From positions 52,018,001 through 52,082,000 of the forward strand of contig OX597828.1 in the NCBI GenBank assembly GCA_951406725.2: DNA of 64,000 nt. Direction: 5' to 3'. How positions within the stretch are numbered: the first letter of the stretch is position 1; every line of letters starts with the position of its first letter. The notes below the pieces were generated by a model that made no database searches, was not told the origin of the DNA, and was given only the letters and a program-made list of their open reading frames with translations. This document shows, in pieces, positions 25,539 to 40,117 of this stretch. The translations under genes were made by a program, and so were the position numbers. Source of the DNA: Octopus vulgaris (lineage: Eukaryota).

Positions 25539-26321
25539 CCTATATACATACATATATATATATATATATATTTATATACATATACGTGTGTGCGTATGTG
25601 TATTCATACATATATGGATGAAGACAGTTTGATTCAAAATCGTTGGTACTCCGAGTTTCAAGAGTGATGGTAATTTGAATTAGAGAAATTATTAGCGGAA
25701 GATAAGCTGTGATTGGTCAAGGATGGTCATTCGGTGCCGTGGCTTCATGTTGATATACCAGCGGCAACACTTACTCGGGGAACAGGAAATCGACTACATG
25801 GTGGACAAGAAATTGACCGCGTGGTGGACAGGAAATCGGTGGCGTTGTTGAAGGGTAAGTAAGAAGACGTGGTGTGTGCAATTATATAGATGTATATGTG
25901 AATGCGTGGAGACGCTCCTATGTTTTCATACGAGCAAGCGCATGTGTACATGAGCCCTCACGCCTCCCCCGCAAGCAAATGAACGACCATGCGCGCGAGC
26001 GCTGATACACATACATGCGTACACACATACACACATGCATTAGACATGCGTGCACGCGCACACATACACATGCATGTTTGTATTCATTCATATGTATATA
26101 TACATGCATGCATGTACGCGTGCATATTTGTGTGCGCGTGTATGCATGAGTACACAAGCGCATAACAAACGCTGGGGATCGGTTATTAGTGGTCCTGCTC
26201 ATGGTGTTGCTTGGTGACGGTGACCTTGGTGCAGGTGGTGCAGGGTCACAGCAGGTACTAAGGTGGTATAACATGGTTTGTCGGCGGTCAGATGCTCGAA
26301 AATTTACCAGAAATGCATACC

Positions 26322-26794
<473 letters not shown>

Positions 26795-27453
26795 TCCTAC
26801 GCACCAATAACCTTAACATAAGAAATATTTTCAGTATCAAATTCGATGCATTTCTTAAATATCTCTGACCAGCCTTATGAATATTCATTGCTTTCTGCTA
26901 TATTCTGTTCTTTATGACAAATTTCTGCACCTTTTAATACCACGAATAACATATATTTACTCCGACGTTGATGATTCCACCATTATAATCATTTTGGGCT
27001 ATTTTTGTTTATTCTCTGTTTATTATTTGCAGCATAGTTAGCGCAGGCTTGGCTGTGCGGCAAGAAATCTGCTTCCCAAACACGTCGTTCTGGATTCAGT
27101 CCCAATGCGTGGCACCTTGAGCAAATGTTTTCTGCCTCTTGAGGTTCCATGCCAAGTTCCTCTCTGAGGCACCCCATATTTACGACTTTCCTTTATATGC
27201 TAAGAGTAGACTCAAAACTTCACCATTTTTTTTTCATTTTCTGTGTAACACAATAAGATATCTGCAGCTCTTTATAGCATTCATTTTGAAAGAGAACATA
27301 GCTTGAAGCACCCTCTACGTCGAGCAGTATCAGATGCGTTGCTATGACAACAGATAACAATGAATGGCACCAAACGAAACCCAGTGACGTCATTCCTACA
27401 AGTCAACGATTTCTGAATTTATTTATTTTTGGAATTTATTTTTCCCTTTTTTT

Positions 27454-27690
27454 TTTTTACTTGTTTCAGTCATTTGACTGCGGCCATGCTGGTGCACCGC
27501 CTTTAATCGAGCAACTATATATAAATATATACGACGGGCTTCTTTCAGTTTCCGTCTACCAAATCTACTCACAAGGCTTTGGTCGGCGCGAGGTTATAGT
27601 AGAAGACACTTGCCCAAGGTGCCACGCAGTGGGACTGAACCCGGAACCATGTGGTTTGTAAGCATACTACTTACCACACAGCCACTCCTC
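27454..27690 (-). mobile_element. SINE family A, internally deleted
   Basis: Head and tail present, middle missing. Confidence 0.85.
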
Positions 27691-28182
27691 CTATCTTATC
27701 CAAAAAAAACTTACAAAAATTTGAAATTGATAGACTGCTTTAGATTAAAGGGCCCTCTACACGAAAACGATAATGTATCTCGTGAAAATTTCCTCTGATT
27801 CATAACACAACTACACCAATTTTCAGACAAACTAAAATTCAAAATAAATATGTCGGCTACGCGAGAAGTAGTATATGGGAGGTAACTCTTTAACACTTAC
27901 AAAGAGTTACTTCCCCTGAAGATTTTATATGTATGTATTTTAATGATATAATTTATATATTGATTTTATATTTCTTTTAGCCTTTTATTATCTTATCTGT
28001 TTCAGTCATTTCACTGCAGCCATGATGGAGCAAATCAACTCCAGGATTTATTCTTTGTAAGCGTGGTACTTATTGTATCGGTCTGTCTTTTTTTGAACCG
28101 CTAAGTTATGGGAACCATGTGGTTGGGAAGCAGGTTCCTTACCACACGACCACATCTGCACCTATACATAGCTACGTGTTTT

Positions 28183-28551
28183 TTACCTACTCCTTAGCGA
28201 AGGCGAAGGTATTGTTTCAGTTGCGTATGTTTGTTTGTTTGTCCGTGGACAAGATATCACAAGAATCGTTCGATGGATTCGGATGAAGTTTTCAGAGATG
28301 TTTGGCCTCATGACTGGCACGAACTGATTAGATTTTGGGATCAATCCGCTACTAGAAAAAAATTATGGATTATTTTTCCTGTTCTTTTACTTAATTTTTA
28401 AGAGCGATCGGGTTCATTTTTAGTATTCTCTTTTGTGAGAACAGTCGAGTGTATTTCAGATATTCTCATTTTAAAAATCATCTCCGGCTAATCATTGAGA
28501 GGACGTTGGCACTGCCTTGGCGAACGTTTGCGCTCTCTGAGTGCTCTTGTT
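28183..28551 (+). mobile_element. Helentron-associated non-autonomous element (HINE/DINE-1-like)
   Basis: 5' TTACCT...GAAGG followed by (GTTT)n; 3' GCCTTGGCG sub-terminal repeat, hairpin GCGCTC-TCT-GAGTGC (28530-28544), T-rich ends. Confidence 0.7.
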
Positions 28552-28905
28552 TTTATATTGCTATATATTTTGTTTTATATTGCTTTATATATATATATTA
28601 TTTACTTCATCCAGTCATTACACTGTAGCCATACTGTGGTACTGCCTTGAAGAGAATAATCAAATACACCAGATACACTACTTATCTTTTAAAATCTGGT
28701 ACTTATTCTGACTATTCTATTGATCTACGACGTCACGGTGGCATAACCAAACTAACACCGATGACTGGCACTTATTTTATCGATCTTGAAAGGATGAGAG
28801 GCAAAGTCGATCTCAGAGAAATTTGAGTTCACGAGGAAGCAATGTGCATCATAACACTTCCAATCAATTAAGGGCAAATGCCATGAGAGCTACTACCCGG
28901 TACTG

Positions 28906-29024
<119 letters not shown>

Positions 29025-29026
29025 TT

Positions 29027-29565
29027 GAGTGAGAGAGCAGTTCATGCCATCAAAGTGACACTGGGGTAAAATATACAAAGCCCAGTATACCCATTATGAC
29101 TACCCGTCTGATAAGAGTACACCAGGCACATGCATCACAACCACGTGCGTGTCATGGTGATCTCATATCAAGATAAACAGCACATGACCTTGCAGATGGG
29201 GCCCAGTTAGAATTTTCTTCTGGTAGAGTAACCCATCCCGCTCAAAAGGTCTTTGAATAAGGGTTGTTTAAGGATGTTGAACGAAACACCCATTTTTCCA
29301 GAGGTGAATTATTCAAACCCCAAATGATCCCTCTCAATACAAAGCTATGATGCTCTCCCACTACTTCTGCTCATGATCAGAGATGCACATATCGTCAGCC
29401 ACTAAGGGACATGCTCAACTGGTTAAGGTCAAACAACTGACAAGCAAATCTGTGGTATTGAGCAGAATATTTGCTGTAGCCCATCTTTTATACCAAGATA
29501 AAACAATACACATGATAACACTTCTAATCAGTTAATATCAGAAGCCATGGTACTGCATCAGGGCA
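29027..29565 (-). mobile_element. TAA-embedded ~555-bp non-coding element (near full length)
   Basis: Reverse complement of 49217-49771, same 5' start TGCCCTGATGCAGTACC; (TAT)n and (TAG)n flanks; a separate 5' fragment lies at ~28846-28888. Confidence 0.88.
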
Positions 29566-29623
<58 letters not shown>

Positions 29624-29624
29624 T

Positions 29625-29800
29625 GATGAAAAACTCACAGCTTATTTACTGGGTATGGTGGAAAGTGTCAGCTGTCCACAGCCAGCAGACTAAGGTGACA
29701 CTTGTTTACTGGTGATGCTTTAATAATCCAGTGAAGGATTCTTGCACTTTCAAACAATGTTAATTTTTATAGATGTTCTACGTTTACATTTGTATCATTC
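29625..29800 (-). mobile_element. R4/Dong 3' end, same family as 20882-21152
   Basis: GTAAACAAGTGTCACCTTAGTCTGCTGGCTGTG...AAGCTGTGAGTTTT shared. Confidence 0.8.
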
Positions 29801-29859
29801 TTTTTCATAATAATGATAGATTTTTCAAAATGATAGGATTCCTGAATCCTATCATTATT

Positions 29860-31950
29860 TTCTTGTTTCCCTGTCTATTTTGATTAGTTCATTTAGTGTC
29901 CAGTAAAGGATATTGTAGCTGTAACTTGGACGTCTAAAGTGTTGTTACCTATTATCTTGTTTTTAGCATTGAGCTCTGTTTTTAATATTGATCTAACTCG
30001 TCTATAGCATTCTTTTTTATTTTCTCTTTCATTTGTGTGTGTTGTATCGTATCTAGTTCATGATTCCGAAATATTTGTATATCCGGCTTTGGTTTAATTC
30101 TCTTATTTCATTTGCTTTATCTAGTGTGATGTTGCTACTCTTAACTAGTTTTCCTCTTTTCAAGGTTGCTTTGGCATATTTTTCTAAGCCAAATTTCTTA
30201 TTTATTTCTTTGGCAAATCCATGTACTGTATGTACAAATGTTTCCAGCTGTTTATCATTTGTAACGTAGTTTTAGGTCATCCATATGTAAGAAGTGGCTG
30301 ATTGTTTTGCCGTAACAGTTGTATCCGCATCCAGTTCTGTTTAGCATATCAGATAAATGTGTCAGTGCTAAGCAGAAAAGGAGTGGAGAGAGTGTGTCTC
30401 GCTGGAATATTCCTCTTCTAATGGAAAAGCCTTTGGTTTTTATGAGTCCCTCTTTTGTCTGAAGCTGTAGCCCTGTCTGCCATTTATTCATAGAGTATTG
30501 TACATATTTTCTGGTTATTGGTGCTACCTTGTTCATGGTTAGTGTTTCTAAGATCTACGTGTGGGTAATTCTATCAAAAGCCTTTCGGTAATCAATCCAG
30601 GCCATAATTAGACCTTTCTTCTTTCTGTGGCTGTCTTCAGTTATGGCTTTATTGATCATTACTTGATCTTTACAGCCGTATGAGTCCTTGCAGCATCCCT
30701 TCTGCTCTTCTGGAAACGGGTTGCTTTCTTCCAGATGATTGCTCATCCTCTGTAATATTATTGCAGTAAAGGCTTTGTAAATTGTAGGGAGACAATTGGT
30801 TTGTAATTTTGTGGGTTTGCTGTTACAGTGGGTATGGGAATTAGGATAGTTTTCCCTTTCATGAGCCATTCAGGCATTATCTCTGGCTCTGCTAGTATGT
30901 CGTTAAAGTTTTCAGTCAGTTGTTTTGTGTATTCCTGTCAGATATTTTAACCAGAAGTTGGGGATCTTGTCGTGTCCAGGTGCCTTCCAGCTGCTTAGCT
31001 TTTGCAATGCCTGGATGACCTCTTCAGTTGTTATAGGGGTCCATAATTGTTTAGGTTCTAAGTTCGTTGTTTTAATAGTCCTTTTCGCCGACCATATTTC
31101 TTACCAAAATTCTTTCACTTCTGCTGTTGGTGCTGCATTGATGTCAATTTTATTTTTGCCAAGTTCTTGGTAGAATTTTTGGGGGTTGGAGTTGAACTGT
31201 TTGTTTTGTTCAAAGAAACGTTGGCGTTTCTCATACCGGCGGATCCTTTGTGCTTTGGCAAATATATCTTGTTTTAGCTTTTCGTTTACCTCAGGTAAAT
31301 CTGTTTCCGTAATGTTGTATTTGCACAGTATTTTTGTTTTCTTCTTGCTTAATAGTGTTGATTATCTACTAATTTCGTTAAGAATTGACAGACCTTTTCT
31401 CTTATTTTTTTTTATTTATTTATCCACAGGTTTGTTTGGGTCGTGGTACTCCTGTTTGGATGGGTTTGAGAGTATCCAGCTTCTTTTGTGGCTGCAGTGA
31501 CTGCTGCTTATATTATGTAATTTAGCTCAGTGATATGTTTGTCTGTAGTGTTCTAGATTGGTGCTTTTTGTACATTATTATACATCCCTACAGTCTGAGT
31601 TTGTTGTTTTTTGTTTACTTCATTTTTGTTGGAACTGTTACGTCTGTCTTCGTGTTTTACTATCTCAGTGTTTATATTATTTGGCATTGCTGTGTGGCTA
31701 CTATCTACATTTTCCCAATGTATTTTTCCTTTTAAATTTCTATTTCTATTTCTGTATTTTTTTTTTGATTTGAGAATATATCTTCGTATGTTAGCTAATT
31801 TATTAGGGTTCATTGTTGTATCCAAGTCTTTATTTAGGTTATTTTTCTTCCAGATTTTATATGTATATGTAATTCCGACCATGGAAATGCGGAGTAGGGA
31901 TTCTTTTCTCTGGTTGGCAGTTCTTGTTCGGAATTCATGAGCACTCTCAA
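29860..31950 (-). pseudogene. Decayed R4/Dong-type ORF (N-terminal domain plus reverse transcriptase)
   Basis: Motifs CLPTIYKAFT, PEEQKGC...GCKDQVMI, AWIDYRKAFD, RRGIFQRDTLSPLLFCLAL, SHFLHMDDLKL; frameshifted. Confidence 0.9.
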
Positions 31951-31959
31951 GTGCATTTT

Positions 31960-34084
31960 TGCCAAATCCTACTGCGCTAGCAGCATGCTATAGTAGGTCT
32001 TGTTTGCTGCTTACCTAATATTCTGCCATGTTTCTTCTTTCACTGTTGAGGCAGTCCCGTACGCCAATCAGCCCATGTCCACCTTTACCCCTCTTCATGT
32101 AGAGCCTGTGTACATTCACCTTACGGTCGAGGGCACCATACATTGCCATTGTCTTTCGGGTAGTGCTATCGTGTTGGTTAATCTCCGCTTGTATACATTT
32201 CAGGATGGGTGCATTATAGCAGACTACAGCAACCGCTCATATGTTGGCGGCAGTTACAAGGATCCTTGATTTGAGTTTTATTCAAAGAGAAGTTTAAGGC
32301 GCTTGAAATATGCAGAGATGACATTGTCTTTCATTTCTTTATGCATGACACTGTCCAGCTCCAGGATCCCAAGGTACTTGTACTCATCATCATCCGGGTT
32401 TTCCATTCTCTCTCAGTTTGGCAATTCTATGACCCTACAATTTATTCTTTTCCCCCGTTTCAAAGTAAGCACCGCACACTTCGCGATACCGAATTACACC
32501 CTTAAATCTTTGCGGCACATTTGCACAGTCTCACCCAACCTCTCAATCTCAGGCTCTGCTTTTGCAAACAGTTTTAAATCACCCACAAAGAGAAGGTAGT
32601 TGAGACAAAGTCCATTCTTTCTCAGCTCAGTACGCGTCGACTTTGCATAGGACTACAGAAAATGAGATCAAGACTATAACAAATAACAGAGGTGAACAAG
32701 AGTGTCCTTGGAAGATAATTCGTTTGATTGTTGCCTTGGCTAAGTGCTAGTTGTCGCAGGAAATACGTGTTTTCTAACTAGGCATGCAGTTCTTAAACAG
32801 TGCACACACGTTCTCAGCTATTCCGCACATGTCGAATGTTTCCAAAATCCACGAATGCGGCAACGTGTCGTAAGCCGTTTTGAAGTCTATCCAGGTCATG
32901 CATAGGGTTTTGGTACCGTCTACAGTTCTTCCTTATAACCTTGTCTGTCACAAGGTGGTCCTTGGTGCGTGGAGGCGCAATGGCCCAGTGGTTAGGGCAG
33001 CGGACTCGCGGTCGTAGGATCGCGGTTTCGATTCCCAGACCAGGCGTTGTGAATGTTTATTGAGCGAAAACACCTAAAGCTCCACGAGGCTCCGGCAGGG
33101 GATGGTGGTGATCCCTGCTGTACTCTTTCACCACAACTTTCTCTCACTCTTACTTCCTGTTTCTGTTGTACCTGTATTTCAGAGGGCCGGCCTTGTCACT
33201 CTCTGTGTCACGCTGAATATCCCCGAGAACTACGTTAAGGGTACACGTGTCTGTGGAGTGCTCAGCCACTTACACGTTAATTTCACGAGCAGGCTGTTCC
33301 GTTGATTCGGATCAACCGGAACCCTCGTCGTCGTAATCGACGGAGTGCTTCTTCAAGGTCCTTGGTGCCCTTGGATCCTTTCCGGCATCGTTTGTTCTAC
33401 CAGCAGTAGATTATTTTGGGCAAGGAACGTATATATTTTCCCTGAGAGGATACCTGTTAATACTTTCTATAGGAAGTTAAGACAACCAATGAGTCGGTAA
33501 CCGCCAACCTCATTGCCTTTTAACCAATCTTTCATTAACAATATTGCTTTTCCCTCTGCCATCCACTCCGGAACTGCGCCGCTCTGTAAGCAATTGTCTA
33601 ATTGCAACACAATTCTCTTGTGTGTTGACCTAAACCACTTGAGCCAGTAGCCTTGAATTCCGTCTGATCCTGCAGCTTTCGAGTTTGACAGTTTTGATAC
33701 TTATGCAATGACATCTTCCGTTGTTATTCGCACATGGTCCTGTTATGGAGCCTCCGGGTGACGGAGTATGGATCTCACAGAATGAATCCACTCAGCACGG
33801 TAGTTGTGGGAAACTTTTAGCCCCCACCCCCGATATTATTCCAAAATTAGTGGATTTATCTTGCCTCAGGAGGAGTATATATTCTGTATTTCCCGCTAGG
33901 CCCTTAAAAAACTGCCTCTGGTTATTTGAGAATAACTGGTTTTGCTGGAACTGCGATATGCGATCAGTGTAGCACTGCACCTTTAATGATTTTTCCTGCA
34001 CGCGCTGTTTTAGGGTTTCGATGACAGCTTTGGACCATTTCTTTTTTATTTAGTACTTCATGAACCCTTTCTTTTCTATTTTTG
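31960..34084 (-). pseudogene. Second decayed R4/Dong-type RT ORF, interrupted by a SINE-C
   Basis: Motifs QFQQNQLF, TWIDFKTAYDTLPHSWI, LLFVGDLKLFA, YKYLGILE, LYMKRGKGGHGL. Confidence 0.85.
32969..33356 (+). mobile_element. Full-length SINE family C with 12-bp TSD
   Basis: GGTCCTTGGTGC at 32957-32968 and 33357-33368. Confidence 0.93.
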
Positions 34085-34092
34085 TATTATTA

Positions 34093-34139
<47 letters not shown>

Positions 34140-34163
34140 GTCATTATTATTATTATTATTATT

Positions 34164-34579
34164 GAGTGAGAGAGGAGTGCATGCCATCAAAGTGACACTG
34201 GGGTAAAATATACGAAGCCCAGTATACCCATCACGACTACCCATCTGATAAGGATACACGAGGCACATGCATCACAACCATATGCACGCTACACGGTGAT
34301 CTCATAACAAGATAAACAGCGCATGACCTTGCAGGTGGGGCCCAGCTAGAATTTTCTTCAGGTCGAGTAGCCCATCCCGCTCATGGATGCACATATCATG
34401 AGACAGCGAGGGACATCCTCAACTAGTTACGGTCAAGCAACTGACAAGTAAATCTGTGGTATTGAGCAGAATATTTGCTGTAACCCATCTTTTACACCAA
34501 GAGAAAACAATGTACATGATAACACTTCCAATCAGTCAAGATCAGAAGCCACGAGAGCCACCGCCTGGTACTGCATCAG
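34164..34579 (-). mobile_element. TAA-embedded non-coding element with internal deletion
   Basis: Same family as 49217-49771; deletion at ~34383; (TAT)n on both sides. Confidence 0.85.
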
Positions 34580-34620
34580 TATTATCATCATTGTTATTGT
34601 TACTATTATTATTGTTGTTA

Positions 34621-34671
<51 letters not shown>

Positions 34672-35109
34672 AACTGTCTGTTACATACTTTCCAATTTAG
34701 TTCGCAACTTACCCTTCTCACTCACCCTAAGTATGTATGTATGTATGTATGTATGTATGTATGTATGTATGTATGTATGTATGTATGTATGTATGTATGT
34801 ATGTATGTACGTACGTACGTACGTATGTATGTTGGTACAAAAACAAATATATATATTCCTCGAAATTTTTCGTTTTCAAGACATTAATCTACCAATTTTG
34901 AAAATATGAATTTTCTTCATTTAAAAGAATTAACTTGTTATATGATTGGAAAAAGGTTTAGATCTCTTCTCTCTTTACATTTCTCTTTCTTTCTCCCTTT
35001 GTCTCTCACTCTCATTCTATCTCTCTTTTCATTTGTCTTTCTTAGTGTGTACAATTGTACGTCTATATACTTATACAAAGGCACATATATATACATGTCT
35101 ATATGTATG

Positions 35110-35143
<34 letters not shown>

Positions 35144-35157
35144 TGTATGTATGTATG

Positions 35158-35214
<57 letters not shown>

Positions 35215-35329
35215 TCCGGATATTAAAGTTAGAGGTTTCGAAGTAGTTGTATATAACTATCTCCTTTCTTTTTGATTTTCAAAGAGATATTCACGTCAGC
35301 AGGACAGTTGGCATCTATGACAGTACATA

Positions 35330-37330
35330 CCGTATATTTCTGCGTATGAGACGACCTTTAAATAAGACGAGGTCAAAGTATGTAAAACAATTTCATGTGT
35401 TTACCTCATATCTGTAGTATAAGACGACTGCTAAATTACAAAACCATTTGTAGAGGCTAGCTTTTGCAACACCAAATATCTTTAGAAATATTGTTCGTGT
35501 AAAGATGATGTTATTACAAGTGTTTTTATTACTTACTGTATCCTTAGAAATTAAAATAAACGAAACAATAAATCCGTTTCTATGTCATGTTTTTTCATAC
35601 ACACGTCGCCTAAAAGGGAACCTGGTCCTTCTTTATCGAAACTTTATCGCTTTCATAACAACCGCGAACAGCGATACGAGAATGGTGGTTATATGCATGA
35701 AGTATTCTAAACAGTTACATTCAACCTGGTGTGTTAATGACCTATTTCTTTACTACTCACAAGGGGCTAAACACAGAAGAGACAAACAAGGACAGACAGA
35801 TGGATTAAGTCGCTTATATCGACCTCAGTGCGTAACTGGTACTTAATTTATCGACCCCGAAAGGATGAAAGGCAAAGTCAACCTCGGCGGAATTTGAACT
35901 CAGAACGTAGCGATTGACGAAATACGGCTACGCATTTCGCCCGGCGTGCTAACGTTTCTGCAAGCCCACCGCCTTCCGGTGTGTTAATAACCATTTACTT
36001 ATACTTCATATCAAATCACAAACTGTCCAGTCAAGTGATAATCATTTTATACCCATCCCAATATGCAACCACCAGCCCAAAGAAGAAGAATTGAATGTTA
36101 TAGCAGCTGTCAAGAGTTCGAACAAGTGTGCAGTTACCGAGAAGATGGCATAAGAATGGAGGAGGAATGAGGAAAAATTAAGATAAATGCACAAACAAAA
36201 ATGTGCAATGAGGAGAGGAAGCAGTCGTTGGCCGAAGTTGGAAAATGATGTAGCAGAATGGGTCCTCGAGCAGAGAGAAGATGGCTACATTGTAACACGA
36301 AATAAAATAAGATCTTATGCCCTAAAATGGGCTAAATCATATAAAGAAGAAAGTAAAGATTTTTAAAGCAACAGTAGGCTGGTGCAATCATATTATGAGC
36401 AGAAAAAATTTGGTAATAAGGGAGAAAACAAAAATCGACCCAAAACTCCCGAGAGATTTCGATCACAAAGTAATCAGTTTTCACCCGTTTATCATTCAAC
36501 TGAGAAAAAGGCATCAGTTTCCATTGTCTTATATTGGAAATATGGATGAAACTCCATTGAACTTTGACATACTGGCTAACAAAACGGTAGATTTGAAATA
36601 AATAAAAGCAGTGCACGATAAAAGCACAAAATACCAGAAAACGAGGTTTATGGTGATATTATCTTACATGACTGACGGCACAAAATTAAAACCCTTGGTT
36701 ATTTTTAAACGTAAAACAAAGCCCAAAATAAAGTTTCTCCTGGCGTTTTTGCTCATTTTCCCGAGAAAGGGTGGATGGACGAGAATGATGTGATATTATG
36801 GATTGGGAATGTTTGGAACAGGCGGCCAGGTGGCATACGAAACGAACGCAGTTTATTGTTTGGGGATGTTTCGTAGGCACGTAACGGCAAATACTAAAAC
36901 CGGGTTATCCAAAACGATACTTATATTGCTGCTATTTCTGATGGTTTGACTTCTATATTGCAGCCACTTGATATCAGTTTAAATCAACCATTTAAAGATT
37001 GTGTAAGAGTGCAATGGAATGATTGAATGACAAATGGAGAAAAATCTTTTTTCAAATGGTGGAGCTATGCGTACTGCATCACTTGATGTTCTCAGTGATT
37101 TCGTTATAAAGGCATGGATAAAGTTAAAGTAGAAAATGTGATAAAATCATTTTTAAAATGCAGTATCTTTAATGCCATGGATGGTACCGAAGATGATATT
37201 CTGCACAATAGCGACGACGAAGTCGAAATCGATTCACCAGAAACCAGGCTGGAAACCTTAAGATGACGGCATATGTGATGAATCTTGCGATATGTATGAG
37301 AAACTTTTAGAAACATAGAGTGATGATTGT
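35330..37330 (+). mobile_element. Decayed pogo/Tigger-type transposon (CENP-B HTH plus DDE_1 transposase pseudogene, ~36060-37320); right TIR not found
   Basis: IGNMDETPLNFD, RFMVILSYMTDGTKLKPLVIFKRK, GWMDE, GLTSILQPLDISLNQPFK; left end TA|CCGTATATTTCTGCGTATGAGACG with repeated TAAGACGA sub-terminal motifs; several stops. Confidence 0.85.
35741..35975 (-). mobile_element. SINE-B inserted in the pogo element
   Basis: TSD GGTGTGTTAAT(G/A)ACC at 35728-35742 and 35978-35992. Confidence 0.92.
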
Positions 37331-38281
37331 GAGGAATTTGGTGAGTTTTAGACAAATTCATGTGGCAGGTTTGATGTTTTATTAACATTATTTATCTTGC
37401 TAGGAAATTTTAAAAAATATATCATGTCTAATGTTTTATTTGCAACTACTGTAAAATAATTTTATTTAAAAATAAAGGTTATGCGTAATCTAAATTGTGT
37501 TATTTATCACTAAATGATAATAGTTATTTTATGAAAAGTATAAATATGTTAGTCTAAATGTTATTACTACAGTTATACATTACCATTAAAATTTTTGAAA
37601 TGTTAGCGAAAGATAAACGTTACTGTGAGCGCAACCATAATTCGATGTTTAAATTTCCTTAGCCGAGCTGGCATAGATAAAAGTTGATTTCAGTGATATA
37701 GAATTATCTCTCGAAAAGGCTATTTATTATGAAGATATGCCAATAATATATAAAGTAAAAATGTTTTAATTTATAATTTTGTAATTTTTAATTTTTTTCT
37801 TATTTTGTTAATCTGTTCACGTCTGTCTGTGGTTATCGCACCGAGGTCGAGGTTAGCTTACTGGTAAAATCACTTAGAATCGTGGTGTTTAATATCTCAC
37901 GGATCAAAGAGTATCGAAATTTAAATGGAAATTTAAGAAGGGCGTGATACAATAATGAATCAGACGAATGGATATTATGGTATTTATACACATGTACCAT
38001 TAGGAAATTTTACTGTGATACAATATAATACAAGCAGGTATTATAAACGTGCAATATTGATAAGATTATGCAATGCGTTATGTAGGTTTTCCCAAATCTT
38101 CCGGTTATACAATAATTAAAACAGGAAAAAAAATTGATATGCTCATATGTTGAAGTATTTCACAACATAAGACAAAACAAAACAAAGAGTATATCGCTAA
38201 TTCAAATATGAAAGTGGACTGGTATACAATCAACCAATCAGGAACGAAGGCAGTTTGAGATGTTTAGAAAATTAACATCAT

Positions 38282-38664
38282 GGAAGCACTCCGTCGGTTA
38301 CGACAACGAGGGTTCCGGTTGATCCGATCAACGGAACAGCCTGCTCGTGAAATTAACGTGTAAGTGGCTGAGCACTCCACAGACACGTGTACCCTTAACG
38401 TAGTTCTCGGGGATATTCAGCGTGACACAGAGAGTGATAAGGCCGGCCCTTTGTAATACTGGTACAACAGAAACAGGAAGTAAGAGTGAGAGAAAATTGT
38501 GGTGAAAGAGAACAGCAGGGATCACCACCATCCCCTGCAGGAGCCTCGTGGAGCTTTTAGGTGTTTTCGCTCAATAAACACTCACAACGCCCGTCTGGGA
38601 ATCGAAACCGCGATCCTACGACCGCGAGTCCGCTGCCCTAACCACTGGGCCATTGCGCCTCCAC
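38282..38664 (-). mobile_element. Full-length SINE family C
   Basis: TSD TAACATCAT; near-identical to 12653-13044. Confidence 0.93.
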
Positions 38665-38796
38665 TAACATCATAGAGAATAAATAAAAATAGTAAAAAAT
38701 AAATTGTATAGTTTTATAAGCTAAAATATTTATTTCGCATTTGTCTTAGTTATTATGTAAAACATCATTTTACATACGACGTATCACCCTTCCCGT

Positions 38797-39098
38797 GAAG
38801 GCGGGTGGCTTAATGGTTACGGATATTCAGTTCACAATCGTAAGCTCATGAGTTCGATAACCGATGGAGCGTTGCGTCCTTAAGCAAGATACTTTATTTC
38901 ATGTTGCTCCTGTCAACTCAGCTGGCAGAAATGAGTTGTACCCGTATTTCTGTGTCTCGCTGAATCTTTCTGCGAACTACGTTAAGGGTATGCTAGTTTG
39001 TGATGCTCAGCCACTTGCACGTAAATTTCTCGATCAAGTTGTTCCGTTGATCGGATCGATCAACTGGAACACAAGTCATCGTAACCGACGGAGTACCA
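38797..39098 (+). mobile_element. Older diverged SINE-C-related copy
   Basis: Shares GAACTACGTTAAGGGT...CGTAACCGACGGAGT tail; CORE-like GTTGCGTCCTTAAGCAAGATACTT. Confidence 0.75.
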
Positions 39099-39859
39099 GT
39101 TATCTTACCACTTTTTCTACTTTAGAAATGATGCATATGTAATTTATTTAATGATTTTATTAACTGATTTTTTAATAGTTAATTTATAATCTATAATAAA
39201 TGTGTTGTTATAGTTCAGATTCGGAATATTATAATTTCATAATTAATCAAAATATATTTTTTAGCTTGACAATAGATTCTATTTCTACATATAAATTACG
39301 GTTATTTTCATTCATTGCATCAAAATAACCTTTCCAGAGAATTCAATTTGAAATTTTAATTCCTGTAATTAAACAAGAGTATATTTATGAATTGGGCGCC
39401 ATTTAAAGCTAAGAACCCCCTGTCTATGCCTAAATTGTACATACGTCTGGGTCTATCTGACGAATCAAATTTATCTCAATCTACATTTCCCTATGTTTTA
39501 AATTCTTTTCTCTCATAGTTTACTATTTTTACAATTGTTGTTCAGTGTATTGTAAATATAGCTATTTCAGTCTCTTAATTTTTTTCTCTCTATGCCATTT
39601 TTTCCAAGCCTCTTTATTAATTTGATATTTCTCTCGTATTGCTATAGTTCAGTCATTTTATTTATTCTACAGTAATTAAACTAAAAATATTCGGGTATTT
39701 TAAAACTTTATGAACACGAATTTAAGCGCTTATCAAATTATTTATGATCAAAAATGCATCACACATTACGCAATATAGTTATATATATTGTCTGTTTGGC
39801 AAATGGAACCAGCGGCACAGTTCAAAGCATTCACAGAATTTGGATTCGATCGTTGACGC

Positions 39860-40117
39860 CAATTTTAGACCCCCAAAACATGTAAGACAAAGTCGAGCTC
39901 GATAAAATTTGAATACAGGACGTATAAATTGACGAAATACCTATTTCTTTACTACCCACAATGGGCTAAACACAGAGAGGACAAACAAGGACAGACAAAC
40001 GGATTAAGTCGATTATATCGACCACAGTGCGTAACTGGTACTTATTTAATCGACCCCGAAAGGATGAAAGGCAAAGTCGACCTCGGCGGAATTTGAACTC
40101 AGAACGTAGCGGCAGAC
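39860..40117 (-). mobile_element. 5'-truncated young SINE-B (39940-40117) inserted into an older SINE-B
   Basis: Young tail GAAATAGG abuts TATTTCGTC of the older copy. Confidence 0.8.

Noticed and set aside
32969-33045. tRNA-Arg-like sequence (also in other family C and A heads)
   Set aside because: SINE head: acceptor stem does not close and it continues into a multi-copy SINE body with TSDs.
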